Shown: one piece after another, positions 46,932 to 56,659 of the stretch | Layout of the letters: each line of letters starts with the position of its first letter | Position numbering within the stretch: position 1 is the first letter of the stretch | Assembly: GCF_002087085.1 (NCBI RefSeq) | Contig: NZ_MWQY01000007.1 | Coordinates: 124,001-188,000, forward strand | Direction of reading: 5' to 3' | DNA length: 64,000 nucleotides | Program-made: the position numbers and the translations under genes | The notes under the pieces: generated by a model | What the model was told of the DNA's origin: nothing | What the model saw: only the letters and a program-made list of their open reading frames with translations | Databases searched by the model: none

Positions 46932-48944
46932 TTATCCGTCAACCAGTTTTTCCTTCGGTACACTGAGCAGTTTTGCGTTGATCGCCACAATTACCGTAGA
47001 CAGGGACATCAGAATAGCCCCCACCTCCGGAGACATGATAATCCCCAGGGGAAAAAGGACACCCCCGGCAAGGGGTATCGCCACAACATTGTACCCCGTG
47101 GCCCATATGAGATTCTGAACCATCTTTCTGTGGGTTGCCCTGCCAAAGAGGATCAGGGCCGAAACATCCAGGGGATTTGAATTGACCAGGATTATATCCG
47201 CCGTGGCCGCCGCCACATCGGTACCCGATCCGACTGCAATCCCTATCTGGGCCTGGGCCAGGGCGGGAGAATCGTTGACACCGTCGCCGGTCATGGCCAC
47301 ATACTCCCCCTCTTCCTGAAGCTCCCGTATCTTCTCCTGCTTCTGGTCCGGCAGAACCTGGGCAAAGTATCCGTCAACTCCCAGTTCATCCGCCACTGCG
47401 GCGGCTGTCTGCTCATTGTCCCCTGTCAGTATCCAGCACTTGATCCCCCGGGACTGAAGCTGTTGTACAGCCTTGTAGGACTCCGGACGGATGGTATCCG
47501 CAAGGGCAATGGAACCGGTCAGTACCTTGTCTACAAGCAGAAATACCCTGGTTTCCGCCCCCTTGTCAGTTCCTCCCGGGACTTCAATATCCATTTCCGA
47601 CAGGGCACCCGGGCTGAGGAGCATCACATTTTTCCCTTCAAGGCTTCCCCGTACCCCTTTTCCCTTGATGGCTTCAAAATCTTCAACCTCGGGTATTTTC
47701 AGTTTACGCCTTTCGGCCTCATGGACGATCCCCTTTCCAATGGGATGTTCCGAGTGCCCCTCAAGGCCCGCAGCCATGGAAACGACACGATCTTCGTCAT
47801 ACCCATCGGCAAAGGTGCTCACCTCACTGACCTCGAAATTTCCTTTTGTCAGGGTCCCGGTTTTATCAAAAACAACAGTGGTAATCCTGCGGGCATTTTC
47901 AAAAGCGGTCCGGTTCCGGATCAGCAGTCCGTTCTGTGCCGACTTCGAAGTGGAGACCGCCACTACAAGAGGTATGGCCAGGCCCAGGGCGTGGGGACAG
48001 GTAATAACCATCACGGTAGCCATCCGCGCAATGGAAAACTGGAGATCCCGGCCCGCAATGAGCCAGGCACTGAGGGTGATAATCCCGGCACTGATCGCGA
48101 TAAGGGTCAACCAGAAGGCCGCTTTGTCCGAAAGGGCCTGCGTTCTGGATTTGTCGGCCTGGGCTTTCCGGACCATGTCGATTACCTGGTTCAGATAGTT
48201 ATCTTCACCGGAACTCTCGACCCTGATCTCCAGAGAACCGTCTCCGTTGACGGAACCGCCGATAACCTCATCGCCTTCCCCCTTATCAACGGGTTTTGAC
48301 TCACCCGTCAGCATGGATTCATCAAGATAGCTCTTTCCGCTGGAGACGATCCCGTCGGAAGGAATCTTCTCTCCCGGTTTAATCAGCAGGATATCTCCCT
48401 TTTCGACCTCTTCCAGAGGAATGTCCTCAACATTATTTCCATTTTTCCTGTGAGCCTCGGAGGGCATCAGCTGGGCCAGTTCCTCCAGGGCCGAAGATGC
48501 ACTCAGCACCGATGACATCTCGATCCAGTGTCCGGCCAGCATGATGGCGATCAGGGTGGCAAGCTCCCAGTAGAAGGGTGTCCCTTCCAGACCAAAGCTC
48601 ACTGCGGCGCTGTACAGATATGCAACCGATATGGCCAGGCCGATGAGGGTCATCATGCCGGGATTCCTGTTCCCGAGCTCATCTGCAAGGCCTTTCAGGA
48701 AGGGCCATCCGCCATACAGAAATATGGCCGTGGAAAGCAGAAAGACAAGGTAATCCGCACCGGGAAAGCTGAAACTGAATCCCAGCCAGCCCTGAATGAG
48801 CTCTGAAAGCCCGAGGACCGGGACCGACAGTACAAGAGTCCAGTAAAAACGTCGCCGGAAATCCCGTATCATCATTCTGTGGTGATCAGTGTGGGAATGA
48901 TTCTTTTTCGTTCCGTGGTTTTTCGGGTTTGCTTCTGACTTCAT
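46932..48944 (-). CDS. copB: Copper-translocating P1B-type ATPase (CPH motif, His-rich N-terminus)
   Basis: TGES, CPHALGL, DKTGTLT, SEHP, GDGVND, YN and MSLS TM motifs. Confidence 0.9.
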   Translation of the reverse strand: MKSEANPKNHGTKKNHSHTDHHRMMIRDFRRRFYWTLVLSVPVLGLSELIQGWLGFSFSFPGADYLVFLLSTAIFLYGGWPFLKGLADELGNRNPGMMTLIGLAISVAYLYSAAVSFGLEGTPFYWELATLIAIMLAGHWIEMSSVLSASSALEELAQLMPSEAHRKNGNNVEDIPLEEVEKGDILLIKPGEKIPSDGIVSSGKSYLDESMLTGESKPVDKGEGDEVIGGSVNGDGSLEIRVESSGEDNYLNQVIDMVRKAQADKSRTQALSDKAAFWLTLIAISAGIITLSAWLIAGRDLQFSIARMATVMVITCPHALGLAIPLVVAVSTSKSAQNGLLIRNRTAFENARRITTVVFDKTGTLTKGNFEVSEVSTFADGYDEDRVVSMAAGLEGHSEHPIGKGIVHEAERRKLKIPEVEDFEAIKGKGVRGSLEGKNVMLLSPGALSEMDIEVPGGTDKGAETRVFLLVDKVLTGSIALADTIRPESYKAVQQLQSRGIKCWILTGDNEQTAAAVADELGVDGYFAQVLPDQKQEKIRELQEEGEYVAMTGDGVNDSPALAQAQIGIAVGSGTDVAAATADIILVNSNPLDVSALILFGRATHRKMVQNLIWATGYNVVAIPLAGGVLFPLGIIMSPEVGAILMSLSTVIVAINAKLLSVPKEKLVDG

Positions 48945-49101
48945 CTTTAAAAGGTACTAGACAGGAGCAGAGAGTCAAATTTTGTCCTCCGGGGAATATG
49001 CATCGGTGCCTGTCCCCATATTTTTATACATATTTTTTCAGTAGATTATCCTTATGCGCTCCTATATACTGAAATCAGCTGAATTACACGGAGACAGGAC
49101 T

Positions 49102-50673
49102 ATGCTGACAACTCAGGAAGAGGCTCTTACGCAACTCGTTCGGACCAGCATGCTGATGTCCGAGGAGTTCCAGTTCCGCCCCCTGATATCGCGCCTGGTG
49201 GAGCAGGCCCAGGACGTTACCCAGTCCGACCTGTCTGCCTTTTATGTCTACGAGAATCCCGCAAACGCAAAAAGCAGACTGCGTCTCGGATACAAACGGG
49301 GCCGCTACGAAATTCCCAAATCCCTGAATGCCGGCAACGAGATCGTCGATTTCATAGGAGACTGCGGTGAGGCGGTGGTTCTGCTGGAACGTAAACCGAG
49401 TCCATTCCTCGGGGTCCTTCTCCATGACGAAATGAAAAGCGGAATGGCGATTCCCATAAAGACGGCCAGGGAAAAAATCGGGATACTCTTTATCAACTCC
49501 CGCAGCACCGGCTTTTACAGCCGGATACGCTTTGCCTTCGTAGAGTCCTTTACCCGGCTCGCCGGAGGCATGCTGCATAACGCCCGGCTGCTTCAGGAGA
49601 CCCGGGAATACCTGCAGCGAATCGAGGAGATGGAACGCTACCAGGAGAATATCTTCTCTTCCATGACGAACCTTCTGATTACCACGGATGAATCCGGAGC
49701 TATCCATTATTTCAACCAGGCCGCGGCGGAGCGTATGAATCTTTCCCGGGAAGACATTGGACGCCGTATCAGCGATTTCTTTCACAAACGGATAGGGAAA
49801 AAGGTCATCAATGCCCTGGAAAAAACCCAGGAAAGCGGAAACGAGGTCCTTGGAATCGAAGGTATTTTCAAGGGAAATGAGAAAGAGATAGATTTCTCCC
49901 TGAACCTGTCACCCCTGAAGGGCAAGCGGGGACGACACGAAGGGCTTACCCTGCTGTTCACCGACCAGAGCCGGGAACGGGAACTGAAGGAGAACATGGA
50001 AGTCGCCAAGGAAGAGCGGCGGGTAATCAAGGACATGTTCGCCCGCTACATGTCCAACGATCTGGTGCAGCAGCTGATGGATACCCCGGACCTTATCAAA
50101 CCCGGGGGAGACCAGAAGCGGGCGACCCTTTTCTTTGCCGACATCGTGGGCTACACTGCCTTTTCCGAAGGCAAGGAACCTGCTTATATTATCGAACTGC
50201 TGAACGGATTCTTCTCCGAGGCCGTCGAGGTTGTTCTGAAAAACCGGGGCTATATCGACAAGTTTATCGGCGACTGCATTATGGCGGCCTGGGGCGTTCC
50301 CCTCTTTTCAGAGGAACAGGATGCGGTTAACGCTGTTTCCACCGCGGTGGAGCTCCAGCATATGGTTAAAGACAAAAAGCGGCGGTTCTTTACCGGTGAG
50401 GCAAAGGACCTGCGTCTCGCCATCGGCATGAACACAGGCCCTCTGGTGGCGGGGAACCTCGGCAGCAGCCAGCGAATGGACTACACGGTTATCGGAGACA
50501 CGGTGAACCTGGCGGCCCGCCTGGAGGGAGTCGCCGGGGCAGACGAGATTATAATTACCCAGGAAACCCTTGAGCTGATCGATGGAAAATTCAAAGTCGA
50601 AAAGCGGGAGCCCGTCCGGGTCAAGGGTAAAGTGAAACCTATTCAGATATACAATGTGACCGATTTCCGTTGA
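49102..50673 (+). CDS. Class III adenylate cyclase with GAF and PAS domains
   Basis: FADIVGYT, DKFIGD (Lys, ATP-specifying), DYTVIGDTVNLAARLE; N-terminal GAF-like and PAS-like regions. Start ATG 49102 follows GGAGA/AGGA. Confidence 0.9.
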   Translation: MLTTQEEALTQLVRTSMLMSEEFQFRPLISRLVEQAQDVTQSDLSAFYVYENPANAKSRLRLGYKRGRYEIPKSLNAGNEIVDFIGDCGEAVVLLERKPSPFLGVLLHDEMKSGMAIPIKTAREKIGILFINSRSTGFYSRIRFAFVESFTRLAGGMLHNARLLQETREYLQRIEEMERYQENIFSSMTNLLITTDESGAIHYFNQAAAERMNLSREDIGRRISDFFHKRIGKKVINALEKTQESGNEVLGIEGIFKGNEKEIDFSLNLSPLKGKRGRHEGLTLLFTDQSRERELKENMEVAKEERRVIKDMFARYMSNDLVQQLMDTPDLIKPGGDQKRATLFFADIVGYTAFSEGKEPAYIIELLNGFFSEAVEVVLKNRGYIDKFIGDCIMAAWGVPLFSEEQDAVNAVSTAVELQHMVKDKKRRFFTGEAKDLRLAIGMNTGPLVAGNLGSSQRMDYTVIGDTVNLAARLEGVAGADEIIITQETLELIDGKFKVEKREPVRVKGKVKPIQIYNVTDFR

Positions 50674-50716
50674 GACCGATGCGTCGGGATCATCGTTTTA
50701 TACTAGGGGGATATGC

Positions 50717-53305
50717 ATGAATATACCAGGACTCCTTGGCTCACTGCCGCTATGGATCTATATCGTCGATGCGCTTCTTGTTGCAGGAATAATTGCGGCT
50801 TTGATCTGGAGCTTTATCAGTCGTTCCATCTTCAAAAGAAGGCTGGAAAAGGCAGCCGTTGATGAAGAGGCTGCCCGGCACCTGGTGCTGGAAAAATACG
50901 ATACCGGGGCTCTCATCCGGCGTTCCCGGATGATCGAAGCCGGAGCGGATAAGTACGGGGACGGACTGCTGAAAAACCTTGGGATTAGCAGGATCTGGGT
51001 AGAGCTTGTTCGGCGCCGCAAGCGGGTATCGGACATCCGGCGGGTGCTCAAATTTATCCCTGAAGAGGGGCTCTTTTACGTGTTTCTGGCAGTTCTCGAC
51101 AAACCACGGAAAACCAGATATCTGACGGACTGGCTCAAGGAGAGCGGGGATCTGCTGGCCATGCGCCGTATAGCCCTTTCCGGAAAAGGTGAGGATTTCG
51201 ACGGCCGCAAGGCGCTGGAGATCTTCGGGGAATACATCTCCCACATCCGTGAGATGACCGGGGATCCCGAGTGGGCCTCCCGTTATTTCGCGGTCAAGAT
51301 CCTTCTGCATCACGATGACGAGCGTTCACAGCGGGCGGTCTGGGACTGTCTGCATGATACCCATGCCCTGGTACGGCGTACGGTGGCCACCGAGCTGAAG
51401 ACCGACAGGGAGGATAAATTCTTCGAAGCCCTGAAAAGCCTTTTCACCGGAGATCCGGTATTCGAGGTCCGCCGGGCTGCGAAGGAGAGAATCAACCTGG
51501 ACTTTGCGGATCGGGAAGTGCTGGACGTAAAAAAACTCAGCGAAGTCCAGGCCTTTCATGTCCTCGACCTGATGAATCCGGAATTCGCCCAGGACGAAAA
51601 CACCGCCCTCTCCTTTCTGGACAATGACAACAAAGAACTTCGCCTGAGTGCAGCGTTCTTTCTGAGCCGCCTGGGTACACTGGACCGCCTCTTCCAGCAG
51701 GTTGATCTGGGAGACCGGGAGCTGCTGGACCGAAATTTCAAACTTCTTACCAAGGCAGCGGAAGTCGGTATTACCGGATTCATGAAGGCTGTATCTTCGA
51801 ACAGCAACCCGGCGACCCTGCTGATCGCCGCACGGCTGCTTCAGAAAACAGGATCCAGAGAACTGATCAACAGTCTCGCCAGGGCAGTGTTTTCCTTCAG
51901 CGATGAGGAAAAAACTCATTCCGATAAAAAAAGACTTTACGAAGAAACCTTGAAAGCAATCAAACTGCGGGGAACCTGCGATGCAGTTCAGCTGATATGC
52001 GAGGAACTGGAGAGGCAGTCCCACAAGACCGCCTTTCTGAATCGAATCCTCCCCTCCCTCCCGGAAAGCGGAGACTTTCTTGTTGCCCCGCTCCTTGTCA
52101 GAATGCTGAAGGATCCCGATGTACCGGAGCGGGATCTTGTACGGGAAACCCTGCTGCGATTTGACGAGTGCTTTTACCAGGGGGAGATAATCGCCATTCT
52201 CAAAGCGGAACGGGAGGAATATCCCCATCAGGTGCGTATCGATGCCCTTAAGCTCCTGGCCCAGCTGAAGAAACCATACTGTCTCCAGCACGTTCTGGAA
52301 AACCTCGCAATTCTGCCCCTTGATGAAGCACGTTATTTTACCACCATCCTCGCCGATTTCAGCGGAGACCTTTTCAACAAGCGGGTTGAAGGCATCCTGG
52401 AAAGCGATGACGCCCATGTCCGGGCCTCCCTTATTGCCGCCCTGCCGGCCACCGGCATCAAGGAGTTTGTAGCCCCCATCCGTAAGGCCCTCAAGGATGC
52501 GGACCCTGAGGTTCGCATCGCTGCTGTCTGGGCACTCCACGATTACCAGGAACAGCGAGCCCTGAACAGTACCGTGGAGATGCTCCGGGATCCGGTGGAA
52601 CGGGTCAGGGTACAGGTCGCCAGGGCCCTCGGCTCCCACGGTACTGAAACTGTTCTGGACCGCCTCAAGGAACTCCTCTTCGACGAAAACGAGGTATCCA
52701 CCGTCAAGAAAGCCGCCATCGCAGGGCTCAGTTTCTCGGAGACCCGGGGCAGCGTTGATGTTCTGGTGGAAAAGCTGAGGGACATGACCGGAGAACTGAA
52801 GGATGAGGTCATTCGGGCCCTGGCGGAAAAACACGACGCCCGCAGTCTTACCCGCATGATCGAGGTTTTCAAGGACGCGGAACCTAAAATCAGGGAAGCC
52901 ATGAGCGAAGCCTTTAAACGGATGCGCAGCAGGGGGGAGGAATCCCTGGTAAGCCTGCTGGATGAGGACATTCCCTCTCTTCTGCCCCTTATTTACAACA
53001 TCCTTGAGGAAACCGGCTGGGTGGAAAGCATAATCCGGCGACTGGCCAAACGGGACCCGAAGGAACGACGGGAAGCGGCCGCCCTTCTGGCCCGTATCGG
53101 GACCAGAGCAGCCTTCAGAGGTATCGTCCTCGCCGCCCGGGACCCCGACGAGGACGTCCGGGTTGAGGTTACCAAAGCCCTCGAGTATCTGAACACCCCT
53201 GAAGGAGCCGAGATACTCTCCGACCTGGAGAATGATCCCGACAAGCGGGTGCGCAAATATACCCTGTGGGCCCTGGAGCGGATAAAAGCCAGGAACCTGG
53301 ACTAA
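50717..53305 (+). CDS. Membrane-anchored HEAT-repeat protein
   Basis: N-terminal TM helix and many D.D..VR..A...L repeats. Confidence 0.85.
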   Translation: MNIPGLLGSLPLWIYIVDALLVAGIIAALIWSFISRSIFKRRLEKAAVDEEAARHLVLEKYDTGALIRRSRMIEAGADKYGDGLLKNLGISRIWVELVRRRKRVSDIRRVLKFIPEEGLFYVFLAVLDKPRKTRYLTDWLKESGDLLAMRRIALSGKGEDFDGRKALEIFGEYISHIREMTGDPEWASRYFAVKILLHHDDERSQRAVWDCLHDTHALVRRTVATELKTDREDKFFEALKSLFTGDPVFEVRRAAKERINLDFADREVLDVKKLSEVQAFHVLDLMNPEFAQDENTALSFLDNDNKELRLSAAFFLSRLGTLDRLFQQVDLGDRELLDRNFKLLTKAAEVGITGFMKAVSSNSNPATLLIAARLLQKTGSRELINSLARAVFSFSDEEKTHSDKKRLYEETLKAIKLRGTCDAVQLICEELERQSHKTAFLNRILPSLPESGDFLVAPLLVRMLKDPDVPERDLVRETLLRFDECFYQGEIIAILKAEREEYPHQVRIDALKLLAQLKKPYCLQHVLENLAILPLDEARYFTTILADFSGDLFNKRVEGILESDDAHVRASLIAALPATGIKEFVAPIRKALKDADPEVRIAAVWALHDYQEQRALNSTVEMLRDPVERVRVQVARALGSHGTETVLDRLKELLFDENEVSTVKKAAIAGLSFSETRGSVDVLVEKLRDMTGELKDEVIRALAEKHDARSLTRMIEVFKDAEPKIREAMSEAFKRMRSRGEESLVSLLDEDIPSLLPLIYNILEETGWVESIIRRLAKRDPKERREAAALLARIGTRAAFRGIVLAARDPDEDVRVEVTKALEYLNTPEGAEILSDLENDPDKRVRKYTLWALERIKARNLD

Positions 53306-53646
53306 AAGGTAATAAGCGTATACCCCTGGTCAATATAGGCGCTCATGGAGGGATGCCCCTTCATGTCGCCTCCCAGGGGCAGTCCCTGGGCCTCCACTTC
53401 AGCGCTTACCCCCAGCTTGGCCGAACAGGCCCTGCAGACCACATCGATCATTCCGGAACCCTTCAGATTTTCCCACAAGGGTGCAAAGGCCGCCCCCGGT
53501 TCCGCCATGGCCTTAGGGATTGTGACGGCGCTGCCTTCCAGAACTACTTTTACCTCATGCCCCTTTTCACGCATATCAAAAGCGTTGAGCATTACATGAA
53601 CAAAACAGATCGGGTCCCCGTTAAAGGCAAACAATACATATTTCAT
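53302..53646 (-). CDS. DsrE-like small protein
   Basis: CFVHVMLNA, VKVVLEG, VCRACS, GHP, GYTLITF. Confidence 0.75.
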   Translation of the reverse strand: MKYVLFAFNGDPICFVHVMLNAFDMREKGHEVKVVLEGSAVTIPKAMAEPGAAFAPLWENLKGSGMIDVVCRACSAKLGVSAEVEAQGLPLGGDMKGHPSMSAYIDQGYTLITF

Positions 53647-53792
53647 GGTCCGTTTCTCCTACTGAAATGCAGAAATCGTCCTGTCTCATGATAAAGAAAG
53701 AACTAAAAGAAATAAACCATGGATATGTACAATTTATTTACGGCCCCTCCCCGGCGTGAGAGCATTGATTCAATCAATCCAAGGAGGCTTGT

Positions 53793-54809
53793 ATGAAAAT
53801 CTTTGCACGACTAAGTATCACTGCTCTTCTTCTGTTGGGACTCGTTTTTACATTGACAGCGGAAGGAAATCAGGAATCCGGCAGTGCTTCGGGAGAAATA
53901 ACCGAAGAAATCGTAATCAAACTGGGGCACATCGCCGATCCTTCCCATCCCTATGCCAAGGGGGCTGAGGAGTTTGCCAGACTTGCTTCAGAGAAATCCG
54001 GAGGGATGATCCAGGTCAAGGTATTTCCCTCCTCACAGCTTGGGGGTCAAAAAGAGCTGATAGAAGGAATAACCTACGGCTCCATCGATATGGCCCTTGT
54101 GGGAACCGCCGTCCTGGGTCAGTTCCAGCCTCAGATTTCTCTCTTTGACCTGCCCTTCCTCTTCAGGGACCGGGACCATGCATACGAATCCCTCGATACC
54201 GTCGGAATGGAACTGGGTGAGGAGCTTGAGAAAAACGGAATCAAGCTTCTGGGATACATGGAAAACGGCATCCGCCACCTGACTAATGACCGTCGGGAGG
54301 TCACCTCCCCCGCCGATATGAAAGGACTCAAGATCCGGGTCATGACCAACAAGATCTACATTGCCATGATGAAATCTCTCGGAGCGTCCCCGACTCCCAT
54401 GGCCTTCGGCGAACTCTATTCCGCCATGCAGCAGGGCGTTGTTGACGGCCAGGAAAACCCGAGCGCCCACATCTGGACGAGCCGTTTCTTTGAGGTACAA
54501 CAGTATGCCTCAAAAACTGCCCACGCCTATGCTCCGGAGCCCGTTCTGATTTCCATGGTTACCTGGAAGAAACTTCCTGCTCAGGCCCGGGATATCATTC
54601 TTGAATCCGCCAAAGAAGCCATTTCCTGGCAGCGCCAGCTTTCCACCGACCAGGACAACGAATTCTGGGACAAAATTATCGCCACCGGCAAAATGAAGGT
54701 AACCGAAGTTGACCGTCAACCCTTCGTTGAAGCCACGAATCCGGTTTATGCCGAGTTTGCAGAAATGGTGGGACAGGCAAATATCGATGCCGTCCAGGCA
54801 ATCAAATAA
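53793..54809 (+). CDS. dctP: TRAP transporter solute-binding subunit
   Basis: FPSSQLG, LPFLF, NGIRH, GLKIR, GVVDGQENP. Confidence 0.93.
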   Translation: MKIFARLSITALLLLGLVFTLTAEGNQESGSASGEITEEIVIKLGHIADPSHPYAKGAEEFARLASEKSGGMIQVKVFPSSQLGGQKELIEGITYGSIDMALVGTAVLGQFQPQISLFDLPFLFRDRDHAYESLDTVGMELGEELEKNGIKLLGYMENGIRHLTNDRREVTSPADMKGLKIRVMTNKIYIAMMKSLGASPTPMAFGELYSAMQQGVVDGQENPSAHIWTSRFFEVQQYASKTAHAYAPEPVLISMVTWKKLPAQARDIILESAKEAISWQRQLSTDQDNEFWDKIIATGKMKVTEVDRQPFVEATNPVYAEFAEMVGQANIDAVQAIK

Positions 54810-54826
54810 GCATACCACTCCACTCC

Positions 54827-54860
54827 TCCCGGGACCCTTTGCCGGGTCCCGGGACTCTTT
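54827..54860 (+). terminator. Intra-operon stem-loop after dctP
   Basis: tcccgggaccc-tttgcc-gggtcccggga-ctcttt (11-bp stem). Confidence 0.65.
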
Positions 54861-54872
54861 ACAGGAAATACA

Positions 54873-55364
54873 ATGGAAAGATTATTCTTCGCCCTGAGAA
54901 AAATTTTATATTTCATCTCCATAGCCGCCATTGCCCTGATGCTGGTAATCATTTTTTTCCAGGTCATATCCCGCTACATCTTCGGCTACACCTTTGACTG
55001 GTCTGAAGAACTGTCGAGGTTTCTCTTTGTCTGGGTTGTCTTTATCGGTTCCGCCCTGATTATCGGGGACAAGGGACACATGGCGGTTCAGCTTCTTCCG
55101 GACATGCTTTCCGGAAAACGGACCGGCTTTTATCTGCAAATCTTCATAAAACTCGCGAGTCTCGTATTCATTCTTCTGCTCATCGGGCAGGGATCAAAGA
55201 TGACCAGGACCATGATGTTCCAGACCGCACCGGCACTCAACCTGCCCATGGGAATCGTCTATGCAATTATTCCTGTCAGCGGGGTGCTGATGCTGCTCTA
55301 TCTGACAAGGGATTCCCTGGTCCTGTTTGCAGAAAACAGGAAAACCCGCGGAAAGGAGGCCTGA
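54873..55364 (+). CDS. dctQ: TRAP transporter small permease
   Basis: QVISRY, WSEELSR, four TM helices. Confidence 0.92.
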   Translation: MERLFFALRKILYFISIAAIALMLVIIFFQVISRYIFGYTFDWSEELSRFLFVWVVFIGSALIIGDKGHMAVQLLPDMLSGKRTGFYLQIFIKLASLVFILLLIGQGSKMTRTMMFQTAPALNLPMGIVYAIIPVSGVLMLLYLTRDSLVLFAENRKTRGKEA

Positions 55365-56647
55365 TGATGGAAATTCTATTACTCGGATCGTTTCTCGTGC
55401 TGACCTTTCTGGGGGTACCCGTCGCCTTCTCCCTGGCCCTTTCGGCGGCGATAGTCCTGGTCGGCTTTCTTGACCTTCCCCTGGTACTGATTCCGCAGCA
55501 GATGTACGGGGGAATCGACTCCTTCTCCTTTATGGCGGTGCCCTTTTTCATGCTCGCCGGGGCATTCATGTCCGCCGGAGGGGTAACAAAACGGCTGGTA
55601 AACTTTGCCTCAGCCCTGGTTGGATGGCTTACCGGAGGACTGGCACAGGTCGTAGCCGTGGCGGGCATGTTCTTCGCCGCCATATCCGGCTCTTCCGCGG
55701 CCACCACCGCCGCCATCGGGTCCACCATGGTGGATGAGATGGAAAAGAAGGGCTACGACCGCGAATGGGCAACCGGCGTCGTCGCTTCAGGCGGTACCGT
55801 CGGCATCGTCATCCCCCCCTCCATCACCCTGGTTGTATACGGGGTAATTGCGGGAACCTCCATCGGCGATCTCTTTGTCGGAGGATTTGCCCCGGGAATC
55901 CTGATGGGCATAAGCATGTGTCTGATCAGTTTCTTCCTGGCAAAAAAGAAGGGACTGCAGCCGGAGGGAAAATTCTCTCCGAAACAGGTGATCGTTTCCT
56001 TTAAAGACTCCTTCTTTGCCCTTATGACGCCGGTCATCATCATCGGCGGAATTTACGGCGGAATCTTCACTCCCACCGAAGCCGCCGCGGTTGCCGCGGT
56101 TTACGGAATTGTCGTCGGCATGTTCATCTACAAGGAACTCAAGCTGAAGGATTTTCCCGGGATCCTGTTCGACGCGGTGATAAGCACCACCCTTATCATG
56201 TTCATCGTGGGGGCGGCCAAGATGTTCGGCTGGCTGCTCACCAACATGGAGATTCCCCACCGCCTGGGCCATTTTATCGTCTCCGTCACGGAATCACCGG
56301 TGATATTTCTGATGGCCATGAACGTTCTTCTGCTGGTCATCGGGACCCTGGTCAACGCCTCTGCGGCTGTCATCATCCTTACCCCTATCTTCCTGCCTGT
56401 AGCACTGCAACTCGGTATCGATCCCCTCTTCTTCGGGGTTCTGATGGTAGTCAACCTGGCGATCGGCTGTATTACCCCTCCCGTGGGACTGGACCTCTTT
56501 GTAGCCAGCGCCATCACCAAGGTTCCCCTGGAGCGGGTCATGCGCGCAGTATTTCCCTATCTGGCGGGACTTCTTGTGTGCCTGATCATCCTTACCATGG
56601 TGCCTGATATCATCACCTTCCTGCCTGATTTATTAACCAGCTTATAA
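55364..56647 (+). CDS. dctM: TRAP transporter large permease
   Basis: AVPFF, SGSSAA, IPPS, TPTEAA, TPPVG. Confidence 0.94.
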   Translation: MMEILLLGSFLVLTFLGVPVAFSLALSAAIVLVGFLDLPLVLIPQQMYGGIDSFSFMAVPFFMLAGAFMSAGGVTKRLVNFASALVGWLTGGLAQVVAVAGMFFAAISGSSAATTAAIGSTMVDEMEKKGYDREWATGVVASGGTVGIVIPPSITLVVYGVIAGTSIGDLFVGGFAPGILMGISMCLISFFLAKKKGLQPEGKFSPKQVIVSFKDSFFALMTPVIIIGGIYGGIFTPTEAAAVAAVYGIVVGMFIYKELKLKDFPGILFDAVISTTLIMFIVGAAKMFGWLLTNMEIPHRLGHFIVSVTESPVIFLMAMNVLLLVIGTLVNASAAVIILTPIFLPVALQLGIDPLFFGVLMVVNLAIGCITPPVGLDLFVASAITKVPLERVMRAVFPYLAGLLVCLIILTMVPDIITFLPDLLTSL

Positions 56648-56659
56648 AAGGACATACAG

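Noticed and set aside
51326..52834. Long antisense ORFs (502 aa here; also 24401-25627, 25947-26960, 9433-10470, 11927-12934, 40489-41385)
   Set aside because: They lie opposite well-supported genes, have no recognisable motifs, and are expected shadows of GC-rich codon usage.
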